From Candidatus Krumholzibacteriia bacterium (GTDB taxonomy: Bacteria > Krumholzibacteriota > Krumholzibacteriia > JAJRXK01), in contig JBGPIA010000001.1 in NCBI GenBank assembly GCA_041484665.1, positions 224,001 through 288,000 of the forward strand: a stretch of DNA of 64,000 bases, in the 5' to 3' direction. Numbering within the stretch: the stretch's first letter is position 1; each line of letters begins with the position of its first letter. Under the pieces are notes generated by a model. It saw only the letters and a program-made list of their open reading frames with translations, ran no database searches and was not told the DNA's origin. A program made the translations under genes and the position numbers. Below, in pieces: positions 58,178 to 64,000 of this stretch.

Positions 58178-60061
58178 TCAGCGGTCCATCGCGGCGCTAC
58201 GCTGCGGTTGGCGCGCTTGCAGGCGCCGGTGAACGTCCCGCACGCGCGCAGCGCCGGGCTCGTCACCGAAGGTTCCGTGGATGCGCGCGAGGCGCGCGAG
58301 CTGTTCGGCGGCGGTTGCGTCGTCCTCTTGCGCGAGCAGCGCCTCCACGAGCATCAGCCGGGCATCCGAGTCGAGGGGGCGCACCTCCAGATGGCGCCGC
58401 AGCACGGCAACGGCGTCGACCCAGCGGTGCAGCGTGGCCAGCAGCCGCGCGAGCAACGGCGCCGCCAGCGAGGCGGCAGGGTAGGCCGCCAGCGCGCGAG
58501 CGAGCGCATCGGCGGCCGCCTCGTTGCGCCCGAGCTTGATCAGCGTCTCACCCCGCCAGCGGTACGCGCGGTCCAGCAGCAGGGGGTGCAGCGCCGCTCC
58601 CGGGGCGAGCCCGCGCTCGACGGCCTCCCACGCGACGCGCTCGAATCGCCGACGTAGGTCCTCGTTGGGCTCCATGGCATAGAAGGCAGTGCCTCCGTAC
58701 GGCACGGGCGCCCCGCCCTCCAACAAGGCGATCAGGTGGTCGATCAGTCGCAACGCAGCCTCGGGCCGGGCATGGTGCCCGCTGTAGGCGGCCAACGCGT
58801 AGGCGATCGACACGTCGCACGGAGCCTCCCGCGCGGCCCGCATGATCCCGCGCAGCGCGTGCTCGAGCTGTGCGCTCTGCACGGGCCGGCTCTGCTGCTC
58901 GCGCCAGCGGTCGACCGCCAGCGTGTAGTCCACCACCGAGATCAACAGCCGGTCGCGCGGTGTGGCGGCATCCTCCAGCGGGCGGAGCATCTCGCGCAGC
59001 ACGGTGTTGTCACCAGCGGAATAGCGGAGGTTGGGGGCCACGAAGTGGCGGATGCGGTCCCGGGTGCCGGCGCGGTTGATCTCGCGCCCCATGGACGACA
59101 GTCGCACGCGCCCCAGCTCCTGCAGAGCGCGCACGATCGCGCCCATGTTGGCGCGATAGGTCGTGCCCCGCAGGGTGCGCTGGCCGAAGGCGGCGATGCG
59201 CGCGCGCTCCTCCTCATGCTCCAGATAGTAGAGGACCCGCTCCAGCAGGTTGTCCTCGCGATAGTAGACGGCCCCCACGCCGTCGGGGAGCAGGGCGGGG
59301 ACGTCGAGGTTGTCCTCCTCCACGAACAGGCACGCGCCGGCTGCGCCCGTCTCGTAGACGCGCATGTTGATCTCACCCACGACGGTGGGATTCACCACGA
59401 TGCGCGCGCGGGAGAGCAGAGTGCTGTACTCGGCGCGGGTGATGCGCGTGCGGTAGGCGACCTCCACCGCCGCAGGCAGGTCCAGCAGGCGCGCCAGCAC
59501 CCGCTCGCGCCGCGGGTGGGCCGACCAGTTCGTGCTGCCGGCGTACAGGACGTCGATGTCGCGGGTCTGGCTGGGAAAGGCGCCGTCGACGCCCGGCTCG
59601 TAGCCCAGCATGGGGAGGCGGATCGTATGGGTGAAGCCCGCCGCCGCGAAGACGCGCAGGCCGCGGCTGCCCGTGACCACGGCGTTGACGAAACGCGCCG
59701 TCTCGACGCAGTCGTGGAACTCCAGGTACCAATCGCTGGTGAGCATCACGACCGGGAAGGGAGCCTCCTCTAGGCCCCAGGGCACCGCACCATACTCGGG
59801 ACGCCACAGCAGCAGCAGGTCCGGCCCCCAGCCCTCCGGCAGACGCGCCAGGAGGTCGTCCAGGCGCTCGATGGGCCGGGTGGAGAGGTTGACGCCCTTG
59901 CCCGTCCCGAAGGTGAGCGCGTCGTGGTCGTCGAAGGCCCCCTGCATGTAGGCCCAGTGCTCCGGGTCGTGGAAGGGCCCCACCAGCAGGCGCATCCGCT
60001 CGCCGGGGGTCCAGGGATCGCGCGGCGTGGTGGCCCCGCCCTTGTCATGCGTCGTGTCCAT
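58178..60061 (-). CDS. CgeB-like glycosyltransferase with C-terminal TPRs
   Basis: RDIDV.Y.G, Y...L.RA.IV.N, NMRVYE..A.GA; YYL.H.EER..IA..G. Confidence 0.8.
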   Translation of the reverse strand: MDTTHDKGGATTPRDPWTPGERMRLLVGPFHDPEHWAYMQGAFDDHDALTFGTGKGVNLSTRPIERLDDLLARLPEGWGPDLLLLWRPEYGAVPWGLEEAPFPVVMLTSDWYLEFHDCVETARFVNAVVTGSRGLRVFAAAGFTHTIRLPMLGYEPGVDGAFPSQTRDIDVLYAGSTNWSAHPRRERVLARLLDLPAAVEVAYRTRITRAEYSTLLSRARIVVNPTVVGEINMRVYETGAAGACLFVEEDNLDVPALLPDGVGAVYYREDNLLERVLYYLEHEEERARIAAFGQRTLRGTTYRANMGAIVRALQELGRVRLSSMGREINRAGTRDRIRHFVAPNLRYSAGDNTVLREMLRPLEDAATPRDRLLISVVDYTLAVDRWREQQSRPVQSAQLEHALRGIMRAAREAPCDVSIAYALAAYSGHHARPEAALRLIDHLIALLEGGAPVPYGGTAFYAMEPNEDLRRRFERVAWEAVERGLAPGAALHPLLLDRAYRWRGETLIKLGRNEAAADALARALAAYPAASLAAPLLARLLATLHRWVDAVAVLRRHLEVRPLDSDARLMLVEALLAQEDDATAAEQLARLARIHGTFGDEPGAARVRDVHRRLQARQPQRSAAMDR

Positions 60062-60132
60062 GTGCTTTAGTGACCCCCACCGTGCGCGGCAACCGCCCGC
60101 ACCGGCATTCCCCCGTTGCGGTACGAAGGCGC

Positions 60133-61716
60133 ATGCGATCGATCGCCCCGCAGGTCCGGTTGGAGAACGCGTTCGCCCGGCCCTACGAGAACGCGATCGC
60201 CACGGCGCGCACCTGCTACAGCAGCGCCGGCATCTTGACGGCCGCCGACGTCTCGGGCGACGCGCTGGCGGACCCCGGCCGCCGGCGGAAGCGCGCCGAG
60301 CAGCGGGACCGCATCGCGCGCAGCATCTACGAAGCGGGCCATCACACGACCCTCCAGCACGCCCACTTCCAGTTCGCGCTCTCCAATGTGAGCCGGCACT
60401 GCATCTGGTCGTTCCTGCACAGCCACCCGTTCTACAACAGCGAGCAGGTCTCCCAGCGCTACGTGCGCGTGGATCCTTCCCAGGTGGCCGTGCCGGACAT
60501 GCCCGACCGGGCCTTGCCGCTCTATCAAGATCTGATCCAGGCCCAGGCGCGGGAGTACGAGACGCTCATCGCGGTGTTGAGGCCGCAGGCGCGCGCGGCA
60601 TTCCACGAGCGGTTTCTGCCCAGCCCGTCGCAGCAGGCGGCCCACGAGCGGGCCATCGACAAGAAGGCGCAGGAGGTGGCCCGCTACGTCCTGCCTGTGG
60701 CAACTCTTGCCTACCTCTATCACACGGTGAGCGCGCTCACGCTGCTGCGTTACCACCGCCTCTGCGACTTCTACGACGTCCCAGGTGAGACGCGCTTGCT
60801 GGTGACGGCCATGGTCGACGCCGTCCTGGCTCACGACCCGCTGTTCGCGCAGCTCCTGGAGGAGGAGATTGCGCTGGAGGCGACCCCGGAAGCGGCCCTG
60901 ATGGAGCGCTTCCACGGTGACCGGCCGGCCTCGGCGACGCGGGCGTTCTGCGCGGAGTTCGATGCCTCGCTGGAGGGCCGGGTCAGCCGGCTGGTCGACC
61001 GCAAGACCGACAACGAGGGGACCATCGCGGCGGCGGCGCGGGAGGTGCTCGGGCTCGCGCGGGCTGAGCTCCACGACGACGAAGCGATCGCGCTGCTGCT
61101 GGATCCGGCGCGCAACGCGTACCTCGGCCACAGCCTCAACGTCGGCACGCTCAGCAAGCTGCTGCGCTGCCTGGTCCATGCCCATTACACGTTCCGCAAG
61201 AAGCTGAGCCACACCGCCGACAGTCAGGACCAGCGCCACCGCATGACGCCCGCCAGCCGGCCCATCCTGGTGGGGCACCTCCATGACCGGCCGGACGTCG
61301 TCGTGCCGGAGCTGATCCGCCGCAGCCCCGAGGCGCTGGAGCGCTGCGAGGCGCTCATGGAACGGACGTGGCGTACGCTGGCCCAGCTGCGTGACGCGGG
61401 GGCGAGCGCCGAGGCGGCAAGCTACGCGCTGCCCAACGCGGTGGCGGTGCGCTTCACCGAGAGCGCCGACCTCCTGCATCTGCACCACAAGTTGACCACC
61501 CGCCTGTGCTACAACGCCCAGGAGGAGATCTGGCGCGCGTGTCTGGATGAGGCCGAGCAGATCCGAGCGGTGGAGCCGCGCATCGGGGCCCACCTGCTGC
61601 CGCCGTGCGGACTGCGCAAGGCTGCCCGCATGAAGCCCGTCTGCCCAGAAGGGGACCGCTACTGTGGAATCCCGGTGTGGAAACTCGATCTATCGGAGTA
61701 TCAACGCGCCATCTGA
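60133..61716 (+). CDS. thyX: tandem-domain FAD-dependent thymidylate synthase family protein
   Basis: ARTCYS, GH.T.L.H, E..SQRY, ARYVLP; second domain QRHR, YALPNA, RLC.NAQ.EI. Confidence 0.75.
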   Translation: MRSIAPQVRLENAFARPYENAIATARTCYSSAGILTAADVSGDALADPGRRRKRAEQRDRIARSIYEAGHHTTLQHAHFQFALSNVSRHCIWSFLHSHPFYNSEQVSQRYVRVDPSQVAVPDMPDRALPLYQDLIQAQAREYETLIAVLRPQARAAFHERFLPSPSQQAAHERAIDKKAQEVARYVLPVATLAYLYHTVSALTLLRYHRLCDFYDVPGETRLLVTAMVDAVLAHDPLFAQLLEEEIALEATPEAALMERFHGDRPASATRAFCAEFDASLEGRVSRLVDRKTDNEGTIAAAAREVLGLARAELHDDEAIALLLDPARNAYLGHSLNVGTLSKLLRCLVHAHYTFRKKLSHTADSQDQRHRMTPASRPILVGHLHDRPDVVVPELIRRSPEALERCEALMERTWRTLAQLRDAGASAEAASYALPNAVAVRFTESADLLHLHHKLTTRLCYNAQEEIWRACLDEAEQIRAVEPRIGAHLLPPCGLRKAARMKPVCPEGDRYCGIPVWKLDLSEYQRAI

Positions 61717-61911
61717 CTCCTGCGCCGCCCGGCCCGAGGGCGATCGACCGGGCGGCGCGGAGCGTGCTACGGGATCTGAGCCGGAGAGGCCGACTTGGAC
61801 TTGGATTCCCTCCCGGTACGGCTATATTGAATCCGTGATCTGGGGTTGCGGGGGCAGCCGCGCCCACGACCGCCCTCCGCGAGGAAGGTAGAGCCAAGAA
61901 GGGGACGTCCG

Positions 61912-62331
61912 ATGAAGATCAGGTTCGTGTTTGGCATCGCCCTCGTGCTCGCCGCCGTCGTCTGGCTCGCCGTCACCGGCTTCGAGCAGGGCAAGGCCTA
62001 CTACCACACCTGCAACGAGGTTGCGGCCATGGGCCGCACCGCCTTCGGCTCGAAGATGCGGATGGCGGGCAACGTCGTGGCGGGCTCCATCCATCGCGAA
62101 GGGGACGTGCTGACGTTCGCCCTGGAGTACGAGGGCGCGCGCTTCCCCGTGCGTTATGTCGGCCGCGATCCGGTTCCCGACACCTTCAAGGACGGCGCCC
62201 AGACCGTCGTCGATGGCTCGCTGTCGGCCGACGGAGTCTTCGTCGGGCACAAGATCCAAGCCAAGTGCGCCTCGAAGTACGAGGCCGATTTCAAGCAGGA
62301 AGGCGCGAAGGCCCCCCGTTCTTCCGCCTGA
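61912..62331 (+). CDS. ccmE: cytochrome c maturation heme chaperone, CxxxY type
   Basis: TM anchor, YY, R..G.V..GSI, PDTFK.G..VV.G, AKCASKY. Confidence 0.9.
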   Translation: MKIRFVFGIALVLAAVVWLAVTGFEQGKAYYHTCNEVAAMGRTAFGSKMRMAGNVVAGSIHREGDVLTFALEYEGARFPVRYVGRDPVPDTFKDGAQTVVDGSLSADGVFVGHKIQAKCASKYEADFKQEGAKAPRSSA

Positions 62332-62388
62332 CGCGCGCGACGCGAGCGCCCGGTCCCGGCCCCATCCCCCCCGACGGAGCGTGTCCCC

Positions 62389-64000
62389 ATGTTGGCCGAC
62401 CTCGGCAACTTCGCTCTGCTGGCCGCGCTGGTCATGGCGTTCTACGCACTCGCGGCCTCCGCGCTGGGCGCCCGACGGCACGACTTCCGGCTGGTGGAGA
62501 GCGGCCAGCGCGCGGTGGTCGCCCTCTTCCTCCTGGTGGCGATCGCCGTCGGTGCGCTGTGGACCCTGCTCCTGAGGAGCGATTTCCACTACGAGTACGT
62601 GGCGGGGTACAGCAACCGCGATCTGCCCCTGATGTACAAGATCGGCTCGCTGTGGGCGGGCCAGTCCGGGTCGCTCCTGCTGTGGACGTGGATCCTCACC
62701 GCCTACTCGGTGGCGGCAGTGCTGGCCCAGCGCGGCCGCCACAACCGACTGCTGCCCTACGCCACAACCGTCATGATGGGGACCGCCTTTTTCTTCCTGC
62801 TGCTGAACAACTTCGCCAGCAACCCCTTCCGGCATCTGGTGCAGGTGGCCGGCTCGGGGAGCGCAACGGCGTGGGCGGCGGCGGACGGCAAGGGGCTCAA
62901 CCCCCTGCTGCAGCACCCCGCGATGGTCATCCACCCGCCGATCCTCTATACGGGCTACGTCGGCTTCGTGGTCCCCTTCGCCTTCGGGATCGCGGCGCTC
63001 TGGACGCGGCAGCTGGGCAGCGCCTGGGTGATGACGATCCGGCGCTGGACGCTGTTCGCGTGGATGTTCCTGGGCACGGGGATCCTGCTGGGAGCGCGCT
63101 GGGCATACGTGGAGTTGGGCTGGGGCGGTTACTGGGCCTGGGATCCCGTGGAGAACGCGTCGCTGATGCCCTGGCTCGCGGGCACGGCGTTCCTGCACTC
63201 GGTGATCGTCCAGGAGAAGCGCGGGATGCTCAAGGTGTGGAACGTGGCGCTGGTGTGCCTGACGTACATCCTCTGCATCCTGGGCACCTTCCTCACGCGC
63301 AGCGGAGTGGTGAGCAGCGTCCACTCCTTCGCTCAGAGCGACATCGGTATCCCGTTCGCCATCTTCCTGGTGCTGGCGCTGGCGGGGTGCGCCGCGCTGA
63401 TCATCTCAAGGCTCCCCTATCTGCGCAGCGAAAGCCGCCTGGACAGCCTGCTCAGCCGCGAGAGCGGCTTCTTGTTCAACAACCTGCTGCTCTTGGCCGC
63501 GACCTTCAGCGTGCTGTTCGGCACGGTCTTCCCCATCTTCAGCGAGCTGATCACCGGCCGTAACGTCACCGTCGGACAGGCCTACTTCAATCGCATCGAG
63601 GTGCCCCTGGGGTTGCTGCTGCTCATGCTCACCGGTGTAGGCCCGCTCCTGGCCTACCGCAAGACGAGCGGCAAGAGCCTGCGCAAGAACTTCACCATCC
63701 CCGTGGGGCTCGCCGTGGTGTGCGCGCCGCTCTTGTTCGCGCTGGGCGTGCGCACGCTGTGGCCGCTGCTGTCGCTCACGCTGTGTCTGTTCGTCACGCT
63801 GACCGTCGTCCAGGAGTTCCACAAGGGAGCCCTGGCACGCGTGCGCACCCTCCACGAGAACTACGCCTTCGCCCTGGTGGCGTTGACGCGGCGCAATAAC
63901 CGCCGCTACGGCGGCTACATCGTCCACTTCGGGATCGTGTTGGTCTTCGTGGGCATCACCGGCTCGGCGTTCACCCGCGAGAACCGCCAGACCATGGGCG
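62389..64000 (+). CDS. ccmF: heme lyase CcmF/NrfE subunit (3'-truncated by window)
   Basis: W.GQ.GSLLLW, GLNPLLQHP.M.IHPP, WAY.ELGWGGYWAWDPVENAS, TRSG..SSVHSF. Confidence 0.95.
   Translation, partial: MLADLGNFALLAALVMAFYALAASALGARRHDFRLVESGQRAVVALFLLVAIAVGALWTLLLRSDFHYEYVAGYSNRDLPLMYKIGSLWAGQSGSLLLWTWILTAYSVAAVLAQRGRHNRLLPYATTVMMGTAFFFLLLNNFASNPFRHLVQVAGSGSATAWAAADGKGLNPLLQHPAMVIHPPILYTGYVGFVVPFAFGIAALWTRQLGSAWVMTIRRWTLFAWMFLGTGILLGARWAYVELGWGGYWAWDPVENASLMPWLAGTAFLHSVIVQEKRGMLKVWNVALVCLTYILCILGTFLTRSGVVSSVHSFAQSDIGIPFAIFLVLALAGCAALIISRLPYLRSESRLDSLLSRESGFLFNNLLLLAATFSVLFGTVFPIFSELITGRNVTVGQAYFNRIEVPLGLLLLMLTGVGPLLAYRKTSGKSLRKNFTIPVGLAVVCAPLLFALGVRTLWPLLSLTLCLFVTLTVVQEFHKGALARVRTLHENYAFALVALTRRNNRRYGGYIVHFGIVLVFVGITGSAFTRENRQTMG

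Overview
High-GC, gene-dense bacterial DNA with no prophage, IS, CRISPR, tRNA or rRNA seen. Four secreted proteins end in a PNPFNP/FlgD-type C-terminal domain, suggesting an FCB-related diderm such as Eisenbacteria, Krumholzibacteriota or Latescibacterota (inference). In order: end of a cytochrome c gene; a lipoprotein + three YkuD L,D-transpeptidase-family genes; porin-modABC, divergent from a prx-mec-cysO/cysM sulfur operon; a trio of peptidoglycan-binding metalloprotease, zinc phospholipase C and lipoprotein; ettA; an S74-chaperoned fibre with a small partner; OsmC family; arginine deiminase; a ~22 kb minus-strand cluster; two ~1500-aa secreted paralogues; a glycosyltransferase; a tandem-domain ThyX; ccmE and the start of ccmF. 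The best candidate for an undescribed system is the 26229-48114 cluster. It joins an Agl-Glt/Tol-Exb-like motor, TPR scaffolds and outer-membrane barrels with an ApbE/DUF3570/DUF4266/TlpA flavinylation module and c-type cytochrome lipoproteins. The best small-scale signals are a 31-aa Cys-rich leader peptide (absent from the ORF track) plus terminator before the sulfur operon, and a CysO-CysM fusion with an internal Gly-Gly. All family calls come from motif recognition by eye, not database searches.
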